Counted from the first letter of the stretch, positions 1 to 19,445 are shown. The stretch: 64,000 nt of DNA from the human T2T-CHM13v2.0 reference genome, Homo sapiens (GCF_009914755.1 NC_060931.1); one strand, 5' to 3'. Program-made: numbers and translations. Notes: a model not told the origin generated them from the sequence alone.

Positions 1-269
1 GAGCCACAAGAACAAAGCCCAGGGGAGAAGATTTATGGAGAAGCAGAAAAGATAAGTGATGAGGATGAAAAATCAGGAACTTCAGTCCGGTAGCAGTAGT
101 CACATGTGGACCAGAGATCATCTGCATCAGCATCACCTGAGATGCATGTGTGAATGTAGATCTGTGAGAAAATCCCACACCTACGAAACCAAATTTCTTT
201 GGGGTGGTGGACAGGTGGAGGCAAGCCGCCCAAGGATAATGCACACTGAAATTGAGAAACTTTGTGCCT

Positions 270-408
270 CAGCTGCACTTTGAAATCACCTGAAGACCCA
301 CCTCAGTGACTCTGATTAATTGGTCTGGGATGACCCCAGGGAATCAGACTTTTAAAAGATCCCCCAAGTGATTCTAATCTTCAGCCATCGTTGAGATGCT
401 CTGCTCTG
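270..408. mobile_element. MER5-family hAT DNA transposon fragment
   Basis: gaaatcacctg...tctgattaattggtctggg...ccccaagtgattctaat resembles MER5A/B. Confidence 0.65.
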
Positions 409-1164
409 TGCTATCAGCAAGCAGCTATCCAACTTCCATTGAATATTCGAGAAATGGTCTTATTCTATTTGTGAAACACTTTAATTAGATAATTCCCTAG
501 CATTCATAGTGAGTCACCTTTCCAAGATAAATGTATTTTATTTTTATAACAGTGATTTGTCTGCTCTGGCAATCAGTACCCTGAGTCTCAGAGTTATTGT
601 GAACAAAAGTGTTATTATTTTCTCTAGATTCTGGAGACCACACTGTCCCTTTCAGTCTGGCTTTTCTCACAAGGTGGCTGTGAGGGATGACAAAAATAAT
701 TATAGAGTGCTTGTAAACCATGGTGTATGTCAGACCTGACATATGAATGAATGACCTGAGCCCCTTGGTCATAACTAGGTTTTCATCTTCAGCATCTTCA
801 TTCCAGGTGCTAAACCTAGTCTTTGGGATTGAAGGCTATGACTGCAAGTTTATGTGAGAAACGTTTGATTAGGCTCAAGAGAACGTATACTTTCCCTGAT
901 GGGGAAATGCCCTGGTAGGGCAACTATTCCACAGCACAAGAGGGGAGATTACTGCTGCAGATATTAGTCATTTGTGCTTTAGATTAAATTTAAATCCATT
1001 ACTGGGGATCCTTGCATTCTGAGCCCTTTCTGATGGTGTAACAATATTAACTGGCCCCTGAAAGTATTCAACTGAGTTTCTGGTAGAAGTTCTTCCCTTA
1101 AACTCTTGAAACTATACTTAAATAGTTGTCTTCTTTCTCTAGGGATGCATGATCTCGTACATTA

Positions 1165-1342
1165 GTTTTTTTTTTAATTGTGGTAAAATACACACAAAAT
1201 TTACTATCTTTACCATTTTTAAGTGTGAAACTCAGTGGTGTTTTGTACATTCACATTGTTTCGCAACCAATCTCCAGGGCTGTTTTCATCTTGCAAAACT
1301 GAAACTCTATACCCATTAAACAACTCCCCATTTCTCCTCTCA
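1165..1342 (-). mobile_element. L1MB 3' end fragment
   Basis: ttgtggtaaaatacac...ttttcatcttgcaaaactgaaactctatacccattaaacaac is a typical L1MB 3'UTR. Confidence 0.75.
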
Positions 1343-1571
1343 GCTGCACATTAGCTTTTGAACACCAGAGTTATCAGTTTAATTTACTCTTTAGAAAGTT
1401 TCCTAAAACTTATTGGCCTACAAAGTTTTACTCTGGTGTTAGCCACCTTTGCCAATCCAATCTTAAAGTATTTTTTTTACCCCCACAGGTCCACATATCA
1501 CTACGTTAAGACAACATGTATTTCAAAAACAAGTGTACTCTGGTTTACTTTAGTTAAAATGTCCATCCATT

Positions 1572-2001
<430 letters not shown>

Positions 2002-2599
2002 TTAGTGGGAGAGAAAGCTCACTCAACAAATTAGATAATATCTATAAAATTTTAAAATGTTGACATTTCTTCACAGCTATTCAACGGCTAAGTCTTCACA
2101 GATATACTCACAAAAGTTAGAAACAACTTAAATGTTAGTCAATAGAGAACTGATTATATATTTATGGCACACTGTGTAATGAACTATTTTACAGCTGTTA
2201 AAAATAATCTGCTGTAAAAATCAAGTCTTTAAAAAATGATGTAATAGCTTTGTGTATGCTGATATGGGAAGATCTGTAAATATATTATTAAATATATAAT
2301 ATTAAATGAAAAAATCAATATACAATGGAATAGCATACCATTTGTGAAAAAAAATCTTACACACACACACACACACCCCAGCATATATCTTAGGGTATAT
2401 GCTGGTATCCTGAGACATATTCTCTTTTATGCAAGGATAAACAGCAATTGTTAACAATTTCTCCTTTGGAGAAATAGGTTGGTCGTTAAGGAGAGGGGAA
2501 GGGAGGAACACATCTTTTTTCATTTACACCTCTCAGAACTTACTAATATTTGAATTTTTAAAAATATGTGTTTGTATTACTTTTAATTTTAAAAATGTT

Positions 2600-2905
<306 letters not shown>

Positions 2906-3830
2906 TATAATAAAAATATCAACAGAGTTATCTAGCCAATGGAATTGTGGACCATTTACATTTTACTCTTTATCATTTTCTCTATATAAAAGGTACATTT
3001 TAAAAGAAAATCTCTGTCCATTTGAAAGGCTAAATGAAACATAAAATTTTATTTCAAGCCTCACATGTTTGGGCAAATAACTATTCTCATGGCTAGTTTA
3101 GGTCACACAGTCTTCTGTGGTCTATATCTTTACAATGGAAAACCAAGCCAACCAAAGAAACCCGCTTTGTTTTCTTTTTTGACGAGAGAATAAATGACAT
3201 TTACTAAAAATCCCCTCCGTTTTCTCCCTGGTGTTCTTTTCTACAGTCTTTGTAGGAGCTTTGTAATTTTATTTCCATGTTTGTTTTAAGCTTTAATGAA
3301 GGATTCATCATTTTCTATAGATTTTGCTTCGACAGTTTTGCTCAAAGGTTCTGTTGTTCCACTGAATAAAATATAACATCTATGAATCCCTCAGGGTCTG
3401 AGACACATGAAGGTTCTGTCTTGTAATAAGATTGCCTCTTTTTTTCTTCCAGTCCTGGGAGTTAAGCTTTGCTGCAAGTGAAAATATTCGCTTTTCTTGG
3501 GTTAAAGAGACACAGTCTTAATATTCCATATTCTGACACCCCGTGCAGTAGAGCAAGAGGTCTTCCCACCTCTGGGAACAAGCTCAAGCTTTCCATATAA
3601 ATCATGCTCCAAAAGTTAGGTAAGAAAATATTTCCTTTTTTGTGTGGAATAGAAGGACAAGTGATATTAATTTTCTGGTTATTTTTGTTAACATTATGTT
3701 ATCTGCTGGTTAGCTCTGTGAATGAACAGATATTAAGCGGTTATACAATTCAAAGCTGTGGTATAGTCAACAGATAAGATACACTGCTGTAACAAACCAG
3801 TTCTTAATGACTTTTTTAAAACTTGTTTTT

Positions 3831-4134
<304 letters not shown>

Positions 4135-4510
4135 GTTTGTCTTTGTTTAAAATGTATTACTTTGAAAAACAATAGGCAAAACCCTAACTTACTTTTAGTT
4201 AGCAGCAGGTTAGACTTAGAAAAAAGTTCAGGCTACATCATATAATTTAAAAATGGATGTTCCTAATTGAACTCACCCCTACTATGTCCCAGTATGAAAA
4301 TGCGGAATGTACTTACTTAGAATTGAGTAATATTCACTGGAAAACAAATTTCTGGCAAATGTACAAACTATGTGTGGTTCCCATAGAATTAAGCAAAAAT
4401 AGATCTGGTTCAAAATGACAATAAAAATCCCCTGGGTCTGACAGATAAAAGATGGCTGGCACAATTTAAATTCCATTGCGAAGGCTAAAGTAAAATTATG
4501 AAACCTGATA

Positions 4511-4793
4511 GAGGCTGAGCCAGGAGGTTCGCTTGAGGCAAGAAGTTCGAGACCAGCCTGGGCAACATGGTGAGAACCCCATTTCTAAAAAAACTTTTTA
4601 CAAAATTAGCTGGGCATGGTGGTGGTCACCGGCAGTCCTAGCTACTCGAGAGGCTGAGGCAGGAGGATTGCTGGACCCCAGGAGTTTGAGGCTGCAGTGA
4701 GTTATGATTGCACCACGGTGCTCTAGCCCTGGCAACAAAGCAAGATCTTGTCTCTCAAAGAAAAAAAACAAACAAAAAAAAGAAACCAAAAAA
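4511..4793 (+). mobile_element. 5'-truncated AluJ
   Basis: GGAGGATTGCT...GAGTTTGAGGCTGCAGTGAG, AluJ-type positions. Confidence 0.88.
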
Positions 4794-5402
4794 TTATGGT
4801 AGCAAAGTAGAATCATTTCTCATTCTTTGTAGCTATGGCAGCCTTCTTGGAACTGCCCTGGTGACTATGGCTTTGAATAAGAATTTAGGCTACTGACCAC
4901 AGTGGAGAAAACAAAGGTTGCTTCTTCTTCTTCTATATTTTAGGGTTTTAAAAACCAGCAGTGGGCTGGCCAGATAACACAGTTATTAGGCATTGTGCTG
5001 ATCACAGCAGAATCATACTTTATATACAACTTCTTATTTAATTTGTGCTAATGTTTCTAAAATGCCATCACATTGATCAGAAGTTTTTTTTCTTGCTATC
5101 AGATCCTAAAATAAGAATAATATAAGAATATATTGTTCTTTAAATTTGTTCACACAGGGATGAAGATGATCCCATTTTAAGGTTTTTAATTTATTTTGTA
5201 TCCTAAAATACAGCATAGTCCCAAAGTACTTCCACTTTTCTGTAATTTTTACTCTTTTTAATATAAGAATTTGATTTAAAAACCATAGCTAAATGGTTAT
5301 ACAATTTTCGTATCTTTATAAGAATTTTTATATAATAAACTCAGTAATCAGGAAAAAAATTATTTATTCAGAATGTGTGTCTTAGAAAATATAGTCATTT
5401 TA

Positions 5403-5896
<494 letters not shown>

Positions 5897-6268
5897 GTCA
5901 TTTTAAATATAGTAAAGATTCCAACGTGCCTATTTGTTCTCAGGGAAGAGTCTCCTAAGAGACATTCAAAGAAAATGGTTCTAGTAAAGAAGGCATGAAA
6001 TGTTAGTAGCTGGTGTGCTCATAAGAATGGTTGGTTGGAGTTATTCTCCACTCCCCAACCCTTTCTAAAAGAGACAGAGAGAGAGAGAGCGAGAGAGAGA
6101 GAAAAAGCCCTGCTAGCTGCTGGCTCTAGGTCAAGATCCTCGCCTCAGTGGACTTTGAATGGCCACAGAGGTATCACAGAGCCATGGCTGGTGTCAGGGA
6201 AATTGTCTCATTAAAAGTATCACAATTCTTTTGACATCACTATAATATGTTTTCAGAATGGCATTGTT

Positions 6269-6745
<477 letters not shown>

Positions 6746-6974
6746 AGTGTATTTGAACCTTTTCAATTCTAAGTTACTAAAAATGTGCCAGTATTTCAAA
6801 AAGCCAAAATTCACCTCCAAAAAAGCTTATGTAACGTATTTCAACACCCATAACCAATGCCAAGACATATTGGCAATGTCAACACACAGAGCAATACCTT
6901 TACTGATGCTCACTACTATTTATCAGGAAACAGATTAGTGCTTCTATGCATTTGTTTTTATTTGAAGTTTTCCT

Positions 6975-7095
6975 ATGAAACTTGTGATACACTAATATCA
7001 CCCGCATTATACAGGTGAAGCAGGTGAGACAAAAAGGTTAATAAATGCCTTCCTGAAAGTTCATTATTCAATCAACAGCAACATTGGCAGAGAAT
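6975..7095 (-). mobile_element. MIR
   Basis: cattatacaggtgaagcaggtgagac...aggtta resembles the reverse MIR core. Confidence 0.55.
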
Positions 7096-7708
7096 TGTCT
7101 CCTACTCTCCTCCCCCATTTGAAACAGAACATTTCTGTCTCAAAATGAAGGACTAGTGTACATTTGAGGCCTAACTGAATAGCTGAATAAATAGTAGCTA
7201 CCATTATTATTGTTACTGTCAATATAATTTCCTTCCCCTTAGAGTTGATTATTTCCTTCTTTCCGTTCCAAAAACATTTTATTCAAATGTCTGTAATGGC
7301 ATTTATTGTAAACCATATTCCCTCAAAAACAATGTGACTTCTAATTTTTCAACCTGAAGCATCCACAGTGTCAGTTACGGGGTAGGATTATAACATTAGA
7401 AAGAACAGGTGTCCTTGATTGTTAGGTTTGTCAGGGAAATAGAGAAACGGTGTGCAGAGATTTTGATACAACGACTCCATGCAATCTGCACACTCCTTTT
7501 GGGGGGCTCCCTCTGATGTTAGTTGACAAGCTTCACAAGGATGCAAAGTAAGACAAATTAGTCCATGATATACAATTAGGGGGGACATTACTATGAAGAA
7601 AGTCTTGCATTTTCCGAATAAATAATGGAAGGAGGGCAGTTTCATATTTAATGTTGCATTGGTATTCCTTACTGTAATTTATGTAATACAATTTTTCTAT
7701 TTGCTTTC

Positions 7709-8463
<755 letters not shown>

Positions 8464-8553
8464 CCAGCTGTGATTTCTGAAGTGGCTGTAAGAGAGATGT
8501 CTACCGTGTTAGCAGGAACCCTTCAGGTCTACCATGTTATGAGGGAGAGGGAC

Positions 8554-8853
8554 GGCCGGGCGCGGTGGCTCACGCCTGTAATCCCAGCACTTTGGGAGGC
8601 TGAGGTGGGTGGATCACGAGGTCAGGAGATCGAGACCATCCTGGCTAACGCGGTGAAACCCCATCTCTACTAAAAATATTTTTTAAAAAAATTAGCCGGG
8701 CATGGTGGCTGGTGCCTGCAGTCCCAGCTACTCGGGAGGCTGAGGCAGGAGAATGGCGTGAACCTGGGAGGCGGAGCTTGCAGTGAGCCAAGCCTGGGCG
8801 ACAGAGTGAGACTCCGCCTCAAAAAATAAATAAATAAAAATAAAAAATAAAAA
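8554..8853 (+). mobile_element. AluY with a short right-arm deletion
   Basis: GTGAGCCAAGCCTGGGCGAC lacks the GATCGCGCCACTGCACTCC segment. TSD ggagagggac. Confidence 0.93.
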
Positions 8854-10378
8854 GGAGAGGGACAATTATGTAGAATGGGCGACGTTTGGCTTGCTGCCCA
8901 AATACCTCCCCACTGGGCTAGCTGATGCTTGCAATTCTGTATGCAGTGTTTCATTCCTTAGTTCCCTAATGAAAATACCCCTGAGAAAGAAAACACATGG
9001 AACCTTTTTCGTTATTTGCTTTTTCTGCTTCTTTGGAGAAACGAGTTGATTAAATTATTTCTTGACAACAGTTTAAAAAAGAGAATAAGGACTATTGAGT
9101 AAGGAGAAAACATAAGAGGGAAAAATCACTAGCTAGCTTCTCTTGAGCCATGTGTTGTAGCTAGGTCCCTCAGCCCTGAAAATGTCCTCACCGTGAACAG
9201 AAAAGCATTCTATAATGAGTCCTTCAAAGGAATTAGTGTGTTAGCTAGATGTGGAGATAAAAGGTCATTTTCTGCAAGTCCCCCATAACTGAAGGTTAGT
9301 AAATGCCTTCCTGAAAGTTCATTATTCAGTCAACTGTCTTTTCCTAAAAATTCTGACAATGACTCACATCGTAGAGGCTTTGGACAGATATCCCTATGAG
9401 ATGTCTTAAATTCTTAGTGTGGTCATTCTACCTGAGGTAAGAGTGGAAGCTGTTTTTGCCAGAAACGCTGGAGATACGAGACCAGTTCATCTTCCATAAC
9501 ATTGTTCTTAAAAAAGTTTTCTGATAAATCCTTCAGAGCTGCTATTTTTCTCTCCTGCTGGTAGAGCCAGGGCTTTAAGGCCCAGAATCTAAGGCTGGCC
9601 TGCTTCCCCTTGTCTTTATCAGCGTGACTGCAGCAGCAGTTACAACAGTGGCAGCTTCGATAGCCTTCCCTATCTCGGTCCCTCTTCCCCTACTTCTAAA
9701 CTTGGATGTGATCACAGCTTTTACTTTCAGAGACAACTATGGGAACATGACAGCTCAGGGTGTTATTTTACTGTAATGCAAAACTCATTCAGTGATACTT
9801 CCAGCAGTAAGGAAAAACAGTATTGCAATAGTTCCATCATAGTTGAAATTTCCATGCAGCTATGTGAGAAAGGCCACAAAAATGAAGGTGATACTTGCTT
9901 TTAAAAAAAAATACCTGGCTACTTATACATTGTTGGGAGTCAAAAAAATAAAAATAAAAAGGGAATTCAGTTTGTGTTTGAATCATGGTCCATATGAGAT
10001 GTTCTGGGTTATAATCTTTAGCTAAAATATTTTTCTCATTTTGCTCAATATCTGTATGTAAACTAAGTTGACATGGTTCACAGAACATCTGGAACCTTTT
10101 ATCTAGTTCTCAGCCATAATCTAGAACTGGCCTCCATTTTCCATGGGAACCAAGGAATGCTATGAATACTATGCAGCCTGACAGCTTTATACTGTCACGG
10201 GAAGCATGGCAGCTCAGGAAGCCCATGCAACTCCAGCCCACATTTCTCAGGGCTCCTTTCAAGTTCCCCTGCCTTGACTCCTATTGAGCTCTCTCCTTGA
10301 GTCACCCATCTTATTCTACCTTGGCTCTCTAGAAACACACACTTTCATGTATGACCCAGCTATCTCTAGATACTCTAA

Positions 10379-10685
<307 letters not shown>

Positions 10686-10692
10686 ACTCTAA

Positions 10693-11061
<369 letters not shown>

Positions 11062-11258
11062 TAATAGACCCGTGGGAAACACAGTTTTATTATTACCACA
11101 AAGAAAACTAGGTGCACATAGTCTGAAATATTTGCACACAGCAAGCTGATAAAGCCGCTGAGAAGGAATCAAAGCCTAATCCATTAAAATATAATTACCT
11201 TTTTTTTGAGGACTCAAGATTTTTTTTGGTGTGCTGTGGTGAAAGTATGGGTAAATGC

Positions 11259-11549
11259 GGCTGGTCGCGGTGGCTCATCCCGGTAGTCTCAACACTTTGG
11301 GAGGCCGAGGAGGGTGGATCATGAGGTCAGGAGATCGAGACCATCCTGGCTAACATGGTGAAACCCCGGCTCTACTAAAAATACAAAAAATTAGCCGAGC
11401 GTGGTGGCGGGCGTCTGTAGTCCCAGCTACTCCGGAGGCTTAGGCAGGAGAATGGCGTGAACCCAGGAGGCGGAGCTTGCAGTGAGCCAAGACTGCGCCA
11501 AGACTGCGCCACTGCACTCCAGCCTGGGCGACAGAGCGAGACTCCATCT

Positions 11550-11585
<36 letters not shown>
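11259..11585 (+). mobile_element. AluY with an 11-bp internal duplication and A35 tail
   Basis: agactgcgcca twice at 11490-11511. Pure A run 11551-11585. Confidence 0.94.
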
Positions 11586-11588
<3 letters not shown>

Positions 11589-12519
11589 TGGATAAATGCT
11601 ACCAAGTGAATGGAAAAAAGGACTTTAACCTTTCTAAGAAAATTCAGCAGGCATTAGATTGTCACAATTAGAATTGGTTGTCTTTTCCAAATTTAGGTGA
11701 CCTTTTTTAAGTGGAGCAACTGAAATCTAATTAAACACAAAGAAGTTGAGGTTTCACTCAAGAACCAATTTCTAAGTTCAGAGATCATTTCAATGCCAAG
11801 CTCCTGATTACTATAAACTGAAAAAATAATTAACAGAGGATTTTTAAAATGTTGGATGTGCATGCTAAAGTGTTTGATATATTCTCATCAAGTGTATCTT
11901 CGGTGATTTTATTAGCTACTTTTAGATATCAAAGAAGTATAAAAACTTGAAAAATAAAGTCATTGATAATGAATGCTGCAATCAATTTTTCCTGGCAGAA
12001 CAAGTCATCAGATTATACAGGGAGATAAAAATGTTCAGTACCAGATTGTACTTTTCATTTATGACAAAAGAAGGGGTGCGGATCAACAACTGGCTTTATA
12101 GCCAATGTCAACACCAAGAACTCCACAGAGAGGATTAGCATAAGAAGATCTGTGAAGGATCCAGCATGTTCTTTTTCCCTAGACCGATAGAAGCAAATGA
12201 AAAACAAAACAAAACAAAAAACCTCCAGGCCTGGTGCGTCCCTGTTTGCCGCAATACCTCACAATAAGGAGGGTTTAGGCATAAAAATAAAAACAATTCT
12301 TTAACTTACATGAAGCATAAAGTGTTTTCAAAGCACTTTCATATCCATTTTCATTTTGTCCTCATCCATTCCTATTGACCATTATCTCCCTTTTCCAAAT
12401 GCAAACACAACTCAGTCTCTCTGAAATTCAGACTGCAACTACTCTTCAACACCACGGGATGCATGTTGAGATAAAATCCGGATCTGGGGCAGATGGAAGA
12501 AAAATACCGTTGGCCCTAA

Positions 12520-12831
<312 letters not shown>

Positions 12832-13166
12832 CACCATGAGGCTTTTATAAGGATGGACAGGCTACTGACTTCTGGGTGGGGATTAAAGACAGGATTCTGT
12901 GCCATCCTGCCCCCAAATCCCTCCTCTACAGACTGAGTCACTGTATCTGATTAAGCAGAATGTGCATTGTTGTGAAATAGGTCCCATGAAGGATGCAAAC
13001 ATTCCAGTTTTACACCTCAACTCCAAGTGCACACAATCAAAACCACTGTAGAGAATGTTATATGACAATCATCATATCTTATAGTGGATCAGTTGCGGTA
13101 CACAGACTTCATTATGAGGTCTACCATGAGAAACTTTATATTCTGACTTAAAAATGTCCCATAGTG

Positions 13167-13509
<343 letters not shown>

Positions 13510-13786
13510 TTAAAACGAGACACATTCAACATTTTCCAAGAAATGAAGCATGAGTCCATTTTACACAGCAAACAATGCCAAGATAACTAGGCAGCGGGTT
13601 TCAGAGAAATATGCCTCCATTTTGAAATTGAGCCAGAATTCATACCTTATGCTCCTGAAAAAAATTATTTTTACCAAAACTACATGAAGAACTGTCTTGA
13701 TTTTATTTGGAAAATTCCCAATTTTGTGTTGCAGTGGTTATGTGTGAAACCTAAATGTCTATTGCAAAGAGTAACTTGCTTTATAA

Positions 13787-14120
<334 letters not shown>

Positions 14121-14413
14121 TTTTTTGTTTTTTGTTTTGAGGCAGGATCTTGCTCTCTTGCCCAGGCTGGAGTGCAGTGGTGCTGTCACAGTTCACTGCA
14201 GACTTAACCTCCTGGGCTCAAGTCATTCTCCTGCCTCAGCCTCTTGAGTAGCTGGGTCCACAATATGCCTGGCTAATTTTATTTTTTAGTTTTTAAAGAG
14301 ACAACATCTTATCATGTTGCCCAGGCTGGTCTTGGACTCCTGAGCTCCAGTGATCCTCCCTCCTCAGCCTCCCAGAATGTTGGGATTACAGGCATGAGCC
14401 ACGGTGCCTGGCC
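14121..14413 (-). mobile_element. AluJ
   Basis: Diverged reverse dimer (CACTGCAGACTTAACCTCCTGGGCTCAAG). Confidence 0.88.
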
Positions 14414-14636
14414 ACCAATTTGTTTAGTAATCATGTTGGGGGCAGCATCATGTCTCCAACATGCCCCAAAGGAAGTGTTTTCCTATTTTATGTACAGGTG
14501 TAGATTTCTGCCTATCACTGTAGCATTTTTCATGTTAAAGTTTCAGAACACTTTGATATACTATTGTTTGCCCATTTTTTACAAAAAGAGAAACTGAAGC
14601 ATTAAAGATCATACAGTAATTAGAGACAGTTTAGAG

Positions 14637-15263
14637 CAGCAGTTCTCAAAGTGTGGGCAAGTTATCCTTATGAGTTCCTGAGAACTTTCATGGGGTCTGC
14701 AGGTCAGTCCTTCTTTTTCCAACCACATATCTATGTGAGGCAAGATTTTCTTCATATGCTTCAACCAAAACAACGTGTGGAAACAGTGTTGATGCCGAGC
14801 AGATAGGAGAATCCTTAAGGCAGGCATTAAGGAGATTTCAAAAGTGTAAAACAATGCCAGCGTTCTCACTAAATTTATGTTCCCATTGCAAAATATAGTT
14901 ATCTTTCATAAAATGTTTATTTATGTTAAATGTAGTAAGTTTCTTACTGTTACTTTTTTTTGAGATGGGGTCTCACTGTGTTGACCAGGCTCAAGTACAG
15001 TGGTGCGATCATGGCTCACTGCAGACTCGACCTCCTAACCTCAGCAATCCTCCCACCTTGGCCTCCCAAAGTGCTGGGACTATAAGCGTGAGTCGCCATG
15101 CCTGGCTTGGTTACTTTAAATATTAAACATTTTTGAAATTTCTCACTTTTAATTTCTAATATGGTAAACAGCGATAGATACAACTCACATAAACAAAAGC
15201 TCTTTGGGATCCTCAATAAATTTTTAAAGGGATCTTGATACTAAAAAAGTTTGAGATCTGCTG
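14637..15263 (+). mobile_element. hAT-Charlie (Charlie1-like) non-autonomous DNA transposon, interrupted by an Alu monomer
   Basis: Terminal inverted repeat-like ends CAGCAGTTCTCAAA / TTTGAGATCTGCTG. Internal sequence shared with the copy at 61838-62320. Confidence 0.75.
14954..15106 (-). mobile_element. Alu monomer (FRAM/AluJ-like)
   Basis: Single arm, TSD gttacttt. Confidence 0.85.
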
Positions 15264-15379
15264 GGTTAGTTAGGGAACAAAATCCCAGTTAAAAGAGAAA
15301 GTCAAAAATAACATTATCAAAAGAGAATGAATTTGGAGTTAAAGAGATCAATATTGTAGTTAAAGGAAGTAAGAATTCA

Positions 15380-15798
<419 letters not shown>

Positions 15799-17220
15799 TC
15801 AATTAAGAGCCCTTTCCTTTTGGGAATTTGTTTTTGAAGAAAACTTTGGGTGTATCTGGCTGATAACAAGAGCCCGGGAAGGAAGAAAGAGAGTGCTGTA
15901 AGTAATTGAAGTGTTATGGATGGATCATGGGTAGGTCTAAAATATGTCAGCTAGATTAGTATGAGGTCTCACACTGATACATGAATTGATTTTAATTAAA
16001 AGCCAATTCAGGACACAAGCTAATGTTTAATAATTGCGAATTGCTTCAATAAATTGTGACATCCTCATGATGCTATATTCAGCCAATTATGTTCTGGAAA
16101 AATTTTAATGACCTGGAAAACTGCTCACAAATCAAAAAGCAGGTTACAAAACAATATTTGAAAAAATATAAGTATAGAAAAAAGATGAGAAGGCTATAAA
16201 CCAAAATGTGAATATTGATCATTTCTGGATGATGATAATTATTATATTTTTGTTTTTTTGTATATTTAAAGTTCCTCCAAATAATAGTAACAATAATATT
16301 ACAACAAATTTGTTTTTGGTAGCACTGCCTAATATTTCCTGTTTTCTTCAGATGGTTGAAAGTTGGAGCCATCTCTTCCTAGGCAAGCCATACCCATTGA
16401 CTCCTCCCTGGTTTTAATACATAGTCCCAGGAAGCCATTCTCTTCCTTCCCCTTACACAGGTTATGGAAGCATTCTGTATTGCTTTTGAACTCAGCAGCT
16501 CCAGGGTGTGCTAACTGATTTTATTCTGTGAATTTAGAATTAGGTGGTTTGGAGCAGAATGATGAACTCTCCTTGAAATAATGAATGTAAATTAATGTGA
16601 AAGTATATCCCCAGGATTTCCTGTAAGAATTTTTTATTACCGTGTCAGTTAGGAATTGTTACACGTACTTATAATTTATTGCCTCCAGTGGCATGCTAGA
16701 TACTTTACATGACTGTTACCATGGGAACATCAATGTTCCTATACGGTGTAATTCTATTCCCAGAAGCTGAAATGAAAGTTGGCATTATCTTAATGTTACA
16801 GACGTGAACATTTAGGCATTCAGAAGCTAAGTAGCTGGCCCAAATGCAACAACAAATCAGAGGAAGAGGCACTGGAATTAGTCTGCTGATACCCAAGCCA
16901 GGATACTCGTGGCTAGAGCTGCAAGACTCATCAAATCATGTGCAATGTGAGCTTAGTTTGGCACAGTCTCCTCTATAATAGGGTGATACCAGGACAGCCT
17001 ATCACAAGCTCAGGGTGGGCACTGAGAGTCGTATTACCTGGAAGCAGTTTACAGGAGAAAGAAGAGGGTGCAACTCCTGGGCTCAGAATTACCCTTAGGA
17101 GCAAATGTCAACGAGCCAAGCCATTGAGAGTAAGTTCCTGCTAGCCAGTGATCCTTACTGAAAGGAAAGTCAGGAAATTATATGGCTGCATGAATGAGGG
17201 AAAGTCCTGAGAACCATTTA

Positions 17221-17551
<331 letters not shown>

Positions 17552-17778
17552 GGAGGAGTGTTTTATTTTAATAAATATGGCACAAAGAAGAAACGTAGAG
17601 TACATTTAGGAATTTTTAAGTAGTAAAGGCCAAAGGGCACAAGTAATGGCAAATTAACTTCTCTTCTTCTTCCCCCTTATCATAGCTTTTCTGGGTCATC
17701 TTCTAATCCTCCATAGTAGGTACAGGAAAAAAGAAATAGAAAATCCCCAGAAAAGTTATATAGAGGAGGTCCATATTG

Positions 17779-18088
17779 TTTTCTTTTCCTTTTCTTTATC
17801 TTTTTATGAGTCGGAGTCTCACTCCGTCACCTAGCCTGGAGTGCAGTGGCGTGATCTCGGTTCTCTGCAACCTCTGCCTCCCGGGTTCAAGCGATTCTCA
17901 TGCCTCAGCCTCCTGAGTAGCTGGGACTACAGGCACGCACTGCCATGCCTGGCTAATTTTTTGTATTTTAGTAGAGACAGGGTTTTGCCATATTTCCCAG
18001 GCTGGTTTCAAACGCCTAAGCTTAGGCAATCCACCCACTCGACTTCCCAAAGTGCCAGGATTACAGGCATGAGCCACTGTGCCGGGCC
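17779..18088 (-). mobile_element. AluS
   Basis: Reverse dimer, TSD aggtccatatt. Confidence 0.92.
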
Positions 18089-18360
18089 TGGAAGGTCCAT
18101 ATTTTATGTGGCGGTTGTAGTCAAGGAAAACAAGTTATAGTCAAGTGACTTACAAAAGAAATTATTTTCTTACAAAATTGATATAAAAAGTCTACCCTCC
18201 CACTCTCAGTCACTTTTTATTCTTCAATACTGTTTAACAATCATAGTCAATAATAATAATGTTTTACATAAATAACAAATTATTAATAAAAAATATTCTA
18301 ATAGGCATAGGATTAAACCATTTACCCCAGTCTTGATGAATGACACAGGTCACTCTAAAC

Positions 18361-18492
18361 CAGGAGTCCGCAAGTATTTTCTGTAAAGGGCCAATAGTAA
18401 ATATTTTAGACTTTGCAGGCTACATAGGACCTCCTTAAAATGTAAAATCATCCTTAGCTCAGCTGTACAACAACGTAAGTTTCTACTCCCCA
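18361..18492 (+). mobile_element. MER58 (hAT-Charlie)
   Basis: CAGGAGTCCGCAA...TTTTCTGTAAAGGGCCA...TAGTAAATATTTTAG, with an 8-bp TSD ctctaaac/ccctaaac. Confidence 0.8.
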
Positions 18493-19039
18493 CCCTAAAC
18501 TACGGCACCAAGGATAAGGGCCAAAAAGGGCAGGAGGGTAGCAGGGTAGCATGCAGGAATCGTTCGTATTCTTCTGGTTCTTCCCACACACTTGGATTGT
18601 CTTGTTCACACTGTATCTCCAGCCCCTAGAACACTGTATGGCATAGATTAGGCTTGAATATACAATTGCAGATTTAGTGAATGATAGCTGGATTCACATG
18701 GCTGAAAAGAGGTCACAATTTACTGAAAGTCTGTGGGTCCTCCCCTCTTCATCATTGTCAGATAAAAGTGCAAAATAATTTGGTGTTGATTCTTTTCTAC
18801 AATGAGTCCTTGTGTTGAGAATCCAGAGTCACTGGCCTTTGCTGTCTCCTGGCCAAAGAGAGTCATATCAATAAAGAAATGACTAAGTATTAACGACTTA
18901 TAGCATAATACGTTCTGCGTGTATGAGCATCTAAATGTAAAACAGTATTTAAAGGGAGTTAACATCTTAGTAGAGTCCTTTTTAATGTGCAAATCATTAT
19001 GGATAGAGGAACCTAGGTATTTCCTGGTGGAGTGGAAGG

Positions 19040-19445
19040 AAACTAACAGTTGCTGAGGAAGCTTTGTGCTAATGTGTTCAGTACATTATTTAATATAATC
19101 CACATATGTCATTATGAAGTAGAGGATATTCATTTTATGGATAGAAAACTGAGGCTCAAGGAGGCTGAATCATTTGCTCAAGTTCCAAAAATTAGTAAGT
19201 AACAAATCAGGATTTAAATCCAAGGCTATCTGTTTGGGCTCTTCATATATACCTGACTGTGGTCCAGGTTGTATTTCTAGCTCTGTCAACAATTTGCCTT
19301 GTGACCTTTGAGATGATCACTTCACCGCATTCATCAAACTTAAATATCAATAGCTACCTACCTCTCAGGGAGTTGAAAGATTTAATGAATGTTACAAAAT
19401 ATAGCACATCGTACTACCTTGTACAGCAAATAAGTATTTGCTGAA
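19040..19445. mobile_element. Two adjacent MIRs in opposite orientation
   Basis: cattttatggatagaaaactgaggctc (minus), then gtgacctttg...atagctacctacctctcaggg (plus). Confidence 0.65.
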
